A stretch of DNA of 35,863 nucleotides from positions 1-35,863 of IMG/VR virus record IMGVR_UViG_3300005758_000103, one strand, 5' to 3'. Source of the stretch: a virus (Duplodnaviria; Caudoviricetes). A model generated the notes under the pieces. That model ran no database searches. It was not told the DNA's origin and saw only the letters and a list, made by a program, of their open reading frames with translations. A program made the translations under genes and the position numbers. Positions 18,814 to 26,984 of the stretch are shown here, piece by piece (the first letter of the stretch is position 1; every line of letters begins with the position of its first letter).

Positions 18814-20455
18814 AAAGAAGGCCTCGTTTCCCGCCTTCTTCCTGATGTGGGCGGAGATCCAGAACTGGGAAGTGCCAGCCTTTCACCTGCTGGTCTGCCA
18901 GTGGCTGGAGAGCTTCGGCCGCCTCGGGCTGCTGATGATGCCCCGCGGCCACGCGAAGTCGACGATCCTCGCCGTCTACAATGCGTGGCGGTACTACATT
19001 GACCCGACCTATCGCATCCTGCACCAGGGCGACCAGGACGACACGGCCTACAAGATGAGCCGCGACACCCAGGCGGTGCTGGCCCGGCACCCGCTCTGCG
19101 CTGGCTGCCGCAAGGCGGCGGGCGAGACGCAGATGTGGTGGGTCGCCGGCGCGACCGACCTGCGCAACGCCAGCATGCAGGCCCGCGGCATCACCTCGAA
19201 CGTCACGTCGTCCCGCGCCGACGAGGTGCAGAATGATGACGTCGAGGTGCCGCGCAACATTGCCACGCCCGAGGCCCGGCAGAAGCTGCGCTACCGGCTG
19301 GGCGAGCAGACGCACATCCTGGTTCCCGGCGGGCGCACTCTCTACATCGGGACCCCGCACACCCACGAAACCCTGTATGACGACATCAAGGCGCTGGGGG
19401 CGGACTGCCTGATCCTGAAGGCTTTTGCCCAGGAGCACCGCATCTCCGAGGAGGCAGGGGAGAAGGGGCGGGAGTTCATGATCGATTTCCGGCCCGAGTT
19501 CGTGTTCCGCGGCATCTCCAAGGCCGCCAAGCTGCTACGCGAGGGGCAGGACTACAGCGTCCACCAGGTCGGCAGCCAGTACCGCGTCGAGTTCATGGAG
19601 CCGGTGCGCATGGTCACCGATCTCTATGCCGGCGCGCTGTGGCCGGAGCGCTTCACGGCGGACGAGATGGAGGACCGCCGGCGCAAGTGCCGCACTTTTA
19701 ACGAGTGGGACAGCCAGTATCAACTGCACGCCAAGCCGGTCACGGACGTCCGCCTGAACCCGGAGCGCCTGCTGGCCTACAACGTGGAGCCCGAGATCCG
19801 CCAGGCCAACGACGAGCTGGGCATGTTCCTCGGGACCGTCCGCATCGTGTCGGCCAACCTGCGCTGGGACCCGTCCAGTGGCAAGCCGAACAGCGACGTC
19901 TCTGCCCTGTGCCTGGTCCTGCAGGACGCCTTCGGGAACCTGTACTGGCACCGGGCGATCCCGCTGCTGGGGGAGCTGGCGGAGTTCAATGGCGACGGCG
20001 CCACTGCGCGGATCACCGGCGGCCAGGTCATGCAGGTGTGCGACGTGATCGAGCGCTTCCAGCTGGCGCGGGTGGTGGTCGAGGTCAACGGCATCGGCGG
20101 TCATGTGCCGGCCATCCTGCGCGGCGCCCTGAAGCAGCGGCGCCTGCGCTGCGGGGTGACCGAGGATGATGCCCGCGGCAACAAGAACCAGGAGATCCTC
20201 GGGGTATTTGAGCCGGCCCTGTCGGCGCAGTACCTGTGGGTGCACGAGTCGGTGCTGGACACGGTGGAGACCCAGATGCGGGAGTGGAACCCCGGGATCA
20301 AGGACCAGCCGGACGACTACCTCGACTGCGCAGCACGCGCCATCCTGGCGGAGCCGGTAAGGATCGGGAAGCAAGTCGCCGGGAAACCGGCACCGGAGCG
20401 ACCGGAGCATTGGGCGCAGGGCGCGGGTGAGTTTGAGGTCGAATTTTCCAGATAG
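18788..20455 (+). CDS. terL: Terminase large subunit
   Basis: Walker A MPRGHAKST; Walker B RADEVQNDDVE; YIGTPH; nuclease WDPS...D, VEVNGIG, PDDYLD. Confidence 0.93.
   Translation: MSSSAAATKKKASFPAFFLMWAEIQNWEVPAFHLLVCQWLESFGRLGLLMMPRGHAKSTILAVYNAWRYYIDPTYRILHQGDQDDTAYKMSRDTQAVLARHPLCAGCRKAAGETQMWWVAGATDLRNASMQARGITSNVTSSRADEVQNDDVEVPRNIATPEARQKLRYRLGEQTHILVPGGRTLYIGTPHTHETLYDDIKALGADCLILKAFAQEHRISEEAGEKGREFMIDFRPEFVFRGISKAAKLLREGQDYSVHQVGSQYRVEFMEPVRMVTDLYAGALWPERFTADEMEDRRRKCRTFNEWDSQYQLHAKPVTDVRLNPERLLAYNVEPEIRQANDELGMFLGTVRIVSANLRWDPSSGKPNSDVSALCLVLQDAFGNLYWHRAIPLLGELAEFNGDGATARITGGQVMQVCDVIERFQLARVVVEVNGIGGHVPAILRGALKQRRLRCGVTEDDARGNKNQEILGVFEPALSAQYLWVHESVLDTVETQMREWNPGIKDQPDDYLDCAARAILAEPVRIGKQVAGKPAPERPEHWAQGAGEFEVEFSR
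20378..20410 (+). promoter_or_regulatory. Putative late promoter 3 (inside terL 3' end; serves tailspike/lysis)
   Basis: GCCGGGAAACCGGC + 13 nt + GAGCAT. Confidence 0.6.
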
Positions 20456-20479
20456 GCGCCCTCTTAACCGAGGTGCTCC

Positions 20480-22924
20480 GTGGCTGTATCGAACCAGACC
20501 CCGTCCAAGACCCACACCGCAAATGGCGCGACGACCACGTTCGCCTATGACTTCCTCATCCTGGACGAGACTGACCTGCAGGTCCTGAAGGACCAGGTCT
20601 CCGCCACACTCAATGTCGACTACACCGTGACCGGCGTCGGCAACAACGCCGGCGGGACGGTAGTCTTTGCTGTTGCCCCGGCTGCCGCCACCGAGATCGT
20701 GCTGCGTCGCAACATGCAGTTCGTCCGCGCCAACGATTACCAGCAGGTCGGCGACTTCATGGCGGCTACGGTCAACAAGGACTTCGACCGTCCGGTGATG
20801 ATGCTGCAGCAGCTCGCCGAAGAGATTAGTCGTGCGCCGAAGGTGGCCCGCGGCAGTGCGCTGACCGGGCTGGAGATCCCGACGCCGGAGGGCGACGGCT
20901 TCTGGCGCTGGAATGCGGCGGCTAATGCAATCGAGTGGGTGCAGCTCGACCTGGAGTCTGCCGGCGCGGCGGCGCTCAAGACCGACCTCGCCAATGGCGT
21001 CGATGCGGCCAAGGGCTCGGCGCTCGTTGGCTATCTCCCGGCCGGCACTGGCGCTGTTGGGCGGACGGTGCAGGACAAGCTGCGGGAGTCGGTCAGCTTC
21101 AAGGACTTCGGTGCGACTGGCGATGGCGTGACAGATGACACGGCTGAAGTCTTGTCCGCGTTGAACAGCGGCGCTCGCGTGGTGGACGGGCAGGGTCTGA
21201 CCTATAAGCTGACCAGCAATATCGCGCCGACTTCGCAGAACATCGTCATCCAGAACGCCAAGTTCGACATTTCTACTATCACAACTGGCGGCTCTGCCAT
21301 CGGGTTTACAGGAGCGCAAGGCGCTGGCGTGGCGTTGACCGCCAACACGCTGACAGGCAGCAACGCAATTGTAGTAGGCAACACAGCAACCTTCGCGGCG
21401 GACACCTATGCGTGGCTGGCCAGTTCCACGGTTTTTGACACAATGACGGGAACGGTGCTCGGCCAGGTTGTGAAGATCAAGTCAGTGGATTCCGCGACGG
21501 CTCTCACGCTGTATGAGGATGTGCTGTACGACTTCACGACGGCAGCGACGGCGACGATTGCACCGCTCACACTGAAGCAGAACATCACTTTCAGGAGCGT
21601 GCGTTTCGTCGGGGCCAATACCGGAACGCAGACGGCAGTTAGCTTCGACAAGTGCGCCGACGTTACGGTGGACGGCTGCGAGTTCTCCTATGTGGATTAC
21701 GTTTGCGTCGGCTTTTCCCGATGCGTAAATTCACAGGCGCACGGCAGCGCGTTTCGCTATGCCCGTGCGGTTGGGTTGGCGTATGGGGTTGCCATTTCCA
21801 ACGGCAGCTACAGCATTCGTGTGGCGAATTGCTACGGGGAAGACACCCGCCATTTCGTGACTGTCGGGGACAACGATGGCGTAAACCTGTTCATCACAGT
21901 TACAGGTTGTCATGCCGCATCGTCCAAAGACGCCGGCATTGATGCACACCCGGCCTGCGACTTCATGGTGATCGACGGCAACACCATTGAGCTGGTAGAG
22001 GGGCAGTACGACGGGATCATCTTTCAGGGGCTGAACTGCGTCATCACCAACAACGCGATCGTTGGCAACACCCAGAACGGCATCCGGCATCAGCTCTTGC
22101 CGGCCATCGGCGCAGGCTCCTGCGTCATCAGCGGGAACAGCATCGGGCGGCACGGCGGGACCGCAGGGACAGATACCGCGATCTATGTGAACCAGTCTAG
22201 TGCTACCGCCACGCTGGACGGTGTTGTGATCGCCAACAACACAATCAACGGCACCATTGATCAGGGTATCTACGTCTATGCAGATGCCGGCAACATCAAG
22301 AACGTAGCCATCAGCGGCAACGTGCTGGGAGCGATTGCCAGCGCTGCGGCCTGCTTGCTTCGGGCAGACGCTGGACTCACTCTTGAAGACTTCACCATCG
22401 CGGGGAACGTTTTCAAGAGCAGCGGTACACAGAACGTCTATCTGTTAGGTACCACAGCCCCGAACATCCTCAACGGTGTCATCAGCGGGAACACGCTCAA
22501 TGGGGGCATAAATGGCATCCGAATGATCCAGACGCAGAACGTGGTTGAAACAGGCAACTACAACACCGGCAGCACACGCAAGGTGTTCATCGACACAGGT
22601 TCCAGCAACATTACGCTCGACCGTCGCCAGTCGTCCGTTGTGACGATGACCAACGCCACTTACACGGTACTGGATCAGGATGAGTACCTGATTGCCAACC
22701 GTGCCGGAACCATCACGGCGACTCTACCGGCTGCTGCATCACACCCCGGCAGAGAACTGAAGGTCAAGACCATACAGGCGCAGGCTGTGGATTCTGCGTC
22801 TGCCAACGTGGCTCCCATTGGTGATTCTGCCGCCGGTACTGCAATCTTGCCGGCTACTGATGGCGCGTGGGCGCTGCTGGTGAGCAATGGCACCAATTGG
22901 ATCGTAATGCAGCGCGGCACCTGA
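20480..22924 (+). CDS. Tail fibre/tailspike with right-handed beta-helix (putative depolymerase)
   Basis: T7 gp17-like N-terminal anchor (ANGATTTFAYDF...VDYTVTG...RRN); VSFKDFGATGDGVTDDT pectate-lyase-3 start; repeated ISGN/ITNN beta-helix rungs. Confidence 0.92.
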   Translation: MAVSNQTPSKTHTANGATTTFAYDFLILDETDLQVLKDQVSATLNVDYTVTGVGNNAGGTVVFAVAPAAATEIVLRRNMQFVRANDYQQVGDFMAATVNKDFDRPVMMLQQLAEEISRAPKVARGSALTGLEIPTPEGDGFWRWNAAANAIEWVQLDLESAGAAALKTDLANGVDAAKGSALVGYLPAGTGAVGRTVQDKLRESVSFKDFGATGDGVTDDTAEVLSALNSGARVVDGQGLTYKLTSNIAPTSQNIVIQNAKFDISTITTGGSAIGFTGAQGAGVALTANTLTGSNAIVVGNTATFAADTYAWLASSTVFDTMTGTVLGQVVKIKSVDSATALTLYEDVLYDFTTAATATIAPLTLKQNITFRSVRFVGANTGTQTAVSFDKCADVTVDGCEFSYVDYVCVGFSRCVNSQAHGSAFRYARAVGLAYGVAISNGSYSIRVANCYGEDTRHFVTVGDNDGVNLFITVTGCHAASSKDAGIDAHPACDFMVIDGNTIELVEGQYDGIIFQGLNCVITNNAIVGNTQNGIRHQLLPAIGAGSCVISGNSIGRHGGTAGTDTAIYVNQSSATATLDGVVIANNTINGTIDQGIYVYADAGNIKNVAISGNVLGAIASAAACLLRADAGLTLEDFTIAGNVFKSSGTQNVYLLGTTAPNILNGVISGNTLNGGINGIRMIQTQNVVETGNYNTGSTRKVFIDTGSSNITLDRRQSSVVTMTNATYTVLDQDEYLIANRAGTITATLPAAASHPGRELKVKTIQAQAVDSASANVAPIGDSAAGTAILPATDGAWALLVSNGTNWIVMQRGT

Positions 22925-23010
22925 CGCCCGCTAGATCAACGACATGCCCGACCACGCCTGAGTTCTCGGGCTCATGGTGGGCACTGATAAGAACATGACA
23001 AGGATTCGGG

Positions 23011-23328
23011 ATGAGCGATGACACCAGAGAGCTGTGGCAGGCGGTCGATAATCTGCGCGAGCGCAACGGCGCGCTTGAGTCACGCATGAGCGCACACGAG
23101 GCCACGCAAGAAGCCTTTCTGATGGAGTTCCGCGAGTCACGGCGGGAGCGCAAGGAGCAAATCGACACCATCGCTCACGCCATCGAGTCGCGGCTTTCCG
23201 ACTTTGACGGCAAGTTCGACACGCTATCCGAGAAGGTCACCGAGGCGCATGGTGCGGCAAAGTTCGGCAAGTGGCTGATCGGCATTGTGCTGGCGGCTGC
23301 CGGCCTGATTTATACGAGGGGTTCGTGA
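23011..23328 (+). CDS. Coiled-coil protein with C-terminal TM (holin/antiholin-like)
   Basis: Heptad-rich body, then KWLIGIVLAAAGLIY; first gene of the lysis cassette. Confidence 0.6.
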   Translation: MSDDTRELWQAVDNLRERNGALESRMSAHEATQEAFLMEFRESRRERKEQIDTIAHAIESRLSDFDGKFDTLSEKVTEAHGAAKFGKWLIGIVLAAAGLIYTRGS

Positions 23329-23549
23329 TGCGAAAGCCGAAGCTGGTTCCCGACTGGCGCCGTGCCTGGCGCTGGTACTCCGTCAACTGCCCCATGCTCG
23401 CGGTCGCACTGCTGGGTACCTGGGCCACGCTGCCCGAGAAGATGCAGGACAGCTTCACGCCGCTGCAGCTCCAGTGCATGGCCATCGGCCTGATCGTGCT
23501 TGGAGTGGGCGGCCGGCTGATCGACCAGAGCCCGAAGGAGGGCGCATGA
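23328..23549 (+). CDS. Holin (two TM segments)
   Basis: KLVPDWRRAWRWYSV...LP...RLIDQ pattern; directly upstream of the endolysin. Confidence 0.8.
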   Translation: MRKPKLVPDWRRAWRWYSVNCPMLAVALLGTWATLPEKMQDSFTPLQLQCMAIGLIVLGVGGRLIDQSPKEGA

Positions 23550-24079
23550 AACCAATCGTCATCACGGCCGGCCACTCCATCGCTGACCCCGGTGCGGTCG
23601 CCGGCGGGCTGACCGAAGCGGATATTTGCACAGACTTCCGCAACCTGGTGGCGCACTACCTGAAGGCCGCTGGCGTCGCGTTCACCACGGATGGCAAGGA
23701 AGGCGAGAACCTACCACTTGCCCGCGCCATTGGGCTTGTGAGGGCGGCCGGGCCCGGTGCGCTGGCCGTGGAGTTCCACTGCAACGCGGCCGCCAGCCCG
23801 GCGGCGACCGGCGTGGAGTCGCTGTCCAGCGAGAAGGGCAAGGCCCTGGGGGCGGCGCTGTGCCAGGCCATCGCCGACACCATCGGCGTCAAGAACCGCG
23901 GGGCGAAGGGCGAGGCCTCCGGGCAGCACAGCCGCCTCGGCTTTGTGCAGGCCGGGGGCGTGATCCTCGAGCTCTTCTTCATCAGCAACCCCGACGACCG
24001 CCGCCGCTACCTCGACAAGAAGTGGCTGGTAGCCAAGGCCGTGGCCGGGGTGCTGGCTGCAGCAGCGAGGGAGGCCTGA
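23546..24079 (+). CDS. Endolysin, N-acetylmuramoyl-L-alanine amidase (Amidase_3)
   Basis: ITAGHS..DPGA...TEA; VEFHCNAA; ATGVE; ILELFFISN. Confidence 0.93.
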   Translation: MKPIVITAGHSIADPGAVAGGLTEADICTDFRNLVAHYLKAAGVAFTTDGKEGENLPLARAIGLVRAAGPGALAVEFHCNAAASPAATGVESLSSEKGKALGAALCQAIADTIGVKNRGAKGEASGQHSRLGFVQAGGVILELFFISNPDDRRRYLDKKWLVAKAVAGVLAAAAREA

Positions 24080-24080
24080 C

Positions 24081-24680
24081 ATGCGCTCTATCCTGATCTC
24101 CCTCGTTGCCGGCCTGCTGGTTGGCATTGCCCTGGGCCTGGCCGCCTACCACCACCTGATCCGGTGGGAGCCGCACCAGACCACCACCGCGACTTTCCGC
24201 CCGGGCCACGTCCAGGCCGACGGCAGCGCCGACCTGGCGCGGATCCCGACCGCGCCGAAGGATGCCGGCCCGGCCCCGCACATCATCCCGCCAAAGGCCA
24301 AGGAGACCGCCCGGGCGCATGTGGTCGTGCGGCCGAAGCCCCGCCCGCCAGCCAGTAGCGGCCCGCAAGTCGACGCGCCGCCCACCTGCTCCTGCGACCC
24401 TGTCACCATCGACATCAGCCAGTACCTGGGCCCGGACGGCGCCGGCCTCATTGCCAGCTCCCCGGATGCCGAGGTCGACGTCAGCCGCAGCACCTACACG
24501 CCCATGCTCGAGCAGCGCCCGCCGCCCAGCCGGTTCGTCCACCTGACGGCCGAGCCAGGCCGCGACGGCTACACGGCCGCGGTGGGCAAGCGCTGGGGAC
24601 GGTTCGGCGTGAGCATCGGCGGAGCGAAGCAGCCCGGGCAGGATGCCAGGCCCATCGTCGGGCTGGAGTGGAACTTCTAG
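24081..24680 (+). CDS. Spanin-position membrane protein (N-terminal TM, Pro-rich linker, C-terminal beta-strands ending in Phe)
   Basis: MRSILISLVAGLLVGIALGLAAY...RPIVGLEWNF; GGAGG SD; follows the endolysin. Confidence 0.65.
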   Translation: MRSILISLVAGLLVGIALGLAAYHHLIRWEPHQTTTATFRPGHVQADGSADLARIPTAPKDAGPAPHIIPPKAKETARAHVVVRPKPRPPASSGPQVDAPPTCSCDPVTIDISQYLGPDGAGLIASSPDAEVDVSRSTYTPMLEQRPPPSRFVHLTAEPGRDGYTAAVGKRWGRFGVSIGGAKQPGQDARPIVGLEWNF

Positions 24681-24754
24681 CGCCGCAGCCAGTCGATTGC
24701 CCACCACAGGGCGGCGACTTCAGCGACGAAGGCGAGCAGGGGAAGGGCGTCCAT
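24677..24754 (-). CDS. Putative 25-aa hydrophobic peptide
   Basis: MDALPLLAFVAEVAALWWAIDWLRR; upstream AAGGA; stop overlaps the convergent gene's stop. Confidence 0.35.
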   Translation of the reverse strand: MDALPLLAFVAEVAALWWAIDWLRR

Positions 24755-24768
24755 GGGCTCAAATTCCT

Positions 24769-24829
24769 TACCAAAAAAGGCCGCTAAACCAAGGCCGAAG
24801 CACTGCCCAAACTGGCAGGTTTTTTGGTA
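24769..24829. repeat. 10-bp inverted repeat in an AT-richer, att-like intergenic region
   Basis: TACCAAAAAA (24769-24778) / TTTTTTGGTA (24820-24829). Confidence 0.55.
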
Positions 24830-24854
24830 GTGAAACACCGCAAGTCGTTGATTT

Positions 24855-24950
24855 CTATACGCAGCATGGCTGGCGGTAGTCCTGGCCGTTGCCGATCTTG
24901 GCGCGGCGGGCCAGCTCCTTGAGCAGGGCGTCGAGGTCGAGCGGCTTCAC
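24855..24950 (-). pseudogene. Short or truncated ORF at the excisionase position (31 aa)
   Basis: GTG start overlaps the upstream stop; MKPLDLDALLKELARRAKIGNGQDYRQ|PCCV; GC3-rich codons end abruptly at about 24870. Confidence 0.4.
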
Positions 24951-25282
24951 TTTGCGTCCTCCCACCCCAACGCCCTGCAAATCGCCACGACCGCAGCGGC
25001 TCGGATGCTGTCGGGGGTGGAGTTGTGCGGCACTTCTACCGTATCGTGATTGTCTAGCCTTGTCGTAAACACGGAGTCCTCGTCCAGCATCGGCGACACC
25101 ATATTCATCGCCGCCCACACCACCAGCCGGCCGAATTGGGCGTCGTCGGTGGCGGGGTTGAAGATGCAGTATCCGCCGACGCCGTGGGCGACCTTGCCTT
25201 TGCTTTCGGCCTCGGTGCAAATGTACGGCCGCTCAAGCCCCATCCTCTCCGCCAGCCACAACAGCATTTCAGGCGTTACCAT
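24947..25282 (-). CDS. NinX/DUF2591-like phage protein
   Basis: LLWLAERMG...FNPATDDAQ...SIRAAAVVAIC; GGAGG SD. Confidence 0.55.
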   Translation of the reverse strand: MVTPEMLLWLAERMGLERPYICTEAESKGKVAHGVGGYCIFNPATDDAQFGRLVVWAAMNMVSPMLDEDSVFTTRLDNHDTVEVPHNSTPDSIRAAAVVAICRALGWEDAK

Positions 25283-25514
25283 CGCTACCTCCTGCCGACA
25301 GGGATGCAAAATAACGCTGTACGGCGTCCTCGTGCGAGTTACCCTCTACCATCACGACACCACCGCTCAGGCTAGTCTTGACCGGATAGCGCCGTATCAG
25401 GCCAAGAGCTTCTTTGATTTTGCGCTCCCCAACTTGGGCAAGCGCAACCTCCGAGACATACACCACCTGACCATCCTTAAAGCCGATTGGTTTCATGCCG
25501 TATTTATCCATCAC
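25269..25514 (-). CDS. Hypothetical protein
   Basis: 81-aa ORF overlapping both neighbours. Confidence 0.55.
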   Translation of the reverse strand: MMDKYGMKPIGFKDGQVVYVSEVALAQVGERKIKEALGLIRRYPVKTSLSGGVVMVEGNSHEDAVQRYFASLSAGGSDGNA

Positions 25515-25819
25515 CCCACCCCCATCCCTTTGCCGATCTCGGCGGCGGCCCGGACGATGGCGCGGCGGGTGTCTGCTGCCGGTTCGCCGGTATGCTCAAC
25601 CTCGGCGGACACATCGCCGTAGTAGGTGCTGACCTTCACGAAGTCGCCGCCACGCAGGAACTCCACATCAAGCCGCAGCTTCACTGCCAGCCGCAGGGCG
25701 TCGCCGTCGTCCTCCAGCGGCCACCACGATTTTCCATTAAGCTCCCAGCGGTTGTAGTGACCGACCCATATAGCACCAGCCGCGCGCGCCGCCAGTTCCA
25801 GCATCGTCTTATCGTCCAT
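25511..25819 (-). CDS. Conserved phage hypothetical protein
   Basis: MLELAARAAG...WWPLEDDGDALRLAVKL...TRRAIVRAAAEIG, a pattern common in proteobacterial phages. Confidence 0.75.
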   Translation of the reverse strand: MDDKTMLELAARAAGAIWVGHYNRWELNGKSWWPLEDDGDALRLAVKLRLDVEFLRGGDFVKVSTYYGDVSAEVEHTGEPAADTRRAIVRAAAEIGKGMGVG

Positions 25820-26984
25820 CTTGCGCCTCCTGGTTGGCGATGGCGGGCGTCAGCATGGCGCGGATTCGGTCGCGGATTGCCTCAGCCTCGATTCGGCATT
25901 CATCGGACGCGGGTCGGCAGCCTTCGCGGGCAAAATTGTCGCCCTGCTCCCATCTGGCGTACCCGTATTCATTCACCAGCGCCATGACCTTCTCGGCATC
26001 CACGGCCTTGCCTTCCTCCCGCGCAACGGCCTTGGCATGGCAGGCATCGCAGCGGTGGTAGTGGCGGCGGTCGCCCTTGCTGCTGTGCCACGGGTCAGGC
26101 GTCACGGCTCCACAGTCGTCGCAGGCCAATTCTTCCTCCCGCGCAACGGGGGCGGACGGGGCGGCGGCGAGCCTGTTGCGGAGAATCCTTGCCAGCTCGC
26201 CAGCCGTGACCAGCATGGCATCGGGCCAATCCTCCGGGCTGGTGCGGTCGGGAAGTTCGGCCACATCACGCACGATTGCGTTGATGGCATCCGGCACCGC
26301 GACAGCAGCGGGCGGGGTGGAGAGAATGGTACGGAGTTCGGCTTCACGATTATGTAAATACTCCAGCCTTGACCTAAGCCGCTTCATGTCACGCTCGCTG
26401 CCGTAGCAAGTGATGTGGGTCAGTGTTCCGTCAAGCAACTCGATCTCGTAGCGCAGCTCCGACTCCTGCGCCCCACTCTCGCGGCCAGCGGAGGCAGAGG
26501 GGGCGGCGGAATCCAGCAGCCAATCACCAAACTCCGTAACCCACCAGACGCGACCCTTTTGCGTGACGGCCCCGATGGCGCGAAGCCTCTGCATGTCCTT
26601 GTCGGAGACATCGTGGCCGCCGGCGTCCGGGTCTTCGCAGCACTCGACAAAGCGCTCCAGTGCGTTGCGCTCGGCGGCGGTCAGAGTAGGCATCCTCTCC
26701 GGCACCTGCACCGGGGCGGGGCGGGAGTCGCCTGCGGCAACGTAGGTCATAGCAAAAATGTCCGGCTTGCAGGGGTAATGCTCGCCCTTCACGCCACGGA
26801 TGATGTAGTCGCCAATGGACGCGCGGTGGCTGCCTTCCAGTGTCCTGATAATCAGTTCGTCTTCGTCCCACTCCTTTAGGTCATGGCCAAGGAAATCCAT
26901 GCACTGGCGCAGAGTCTCCTTGGTGAACTGAATGGCCGTAATCGTGACTGGCTTCTTCGTGTATTGCTTCAGTTCTTCGCTCAT
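25809..26984 (-). CDS. Mosaic multi-domain early protein (Ead/Ea22-like) with N-terminal 'TLEG...GDYII.G..GE.YPCKPDIF' domain
   Basis: Short domains joined by Ala/Pro linkers; CxxC...CxxC segment; start at an ATGA overlap after GGAG. Confidence 0.7.
   Translation of the reverse strand: MSEELKQYTKKPVTITAIQFTKETLRQCMDFLGHDLKEWDEDELIIRTLEGSHRASIGDYIIRGVKGEHYPCKPDIFAMTYVAAGDSRPAPVQVPERMPTLTAAERNALERFVECCEDPDAGGHDVSDKDMQRLRAIGAVTQKGRVWWVTEFGDWLLDSAAPSASAGRESGAQESELRYEIELLDGTLTHITCYGSERDMKRLRSRLEYLHNREAELRTILSTPPAAVAVPDAINAIVRDVAELPDRTSPEDWPDAMLVTAGELARILRNRLAAAPSAPVAREEELACDDCGAVTPDPWHSSKGDRRHYHRCDACHAKAVAREEGKAVDAEKVMALVNEYGYARWEQGDNFAREGCRPASDECRIEAEAIRDRIRAMLTPAIANQEAQDGR

Noticed and set aside
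24164-24546. Nested Rz1-like o-spanin in alternate frames
   Set aside because: ORFs 24164-24358 and 24262-24546 lack a hydrophobic signal peptide and lipobox.
24840-24900. tRNA gene or intact attP core
   Set aside because: Only TGGCTGG resembles a tRNA end; no T-loop (TTCGAA-type) sequence follows.
20480-24950. Diversity-generating retroelement as in BPP-1
   Set aside because: No reverse transcriptase, no avd gene, and no TR/VR repeat pair seen near the tailspike.
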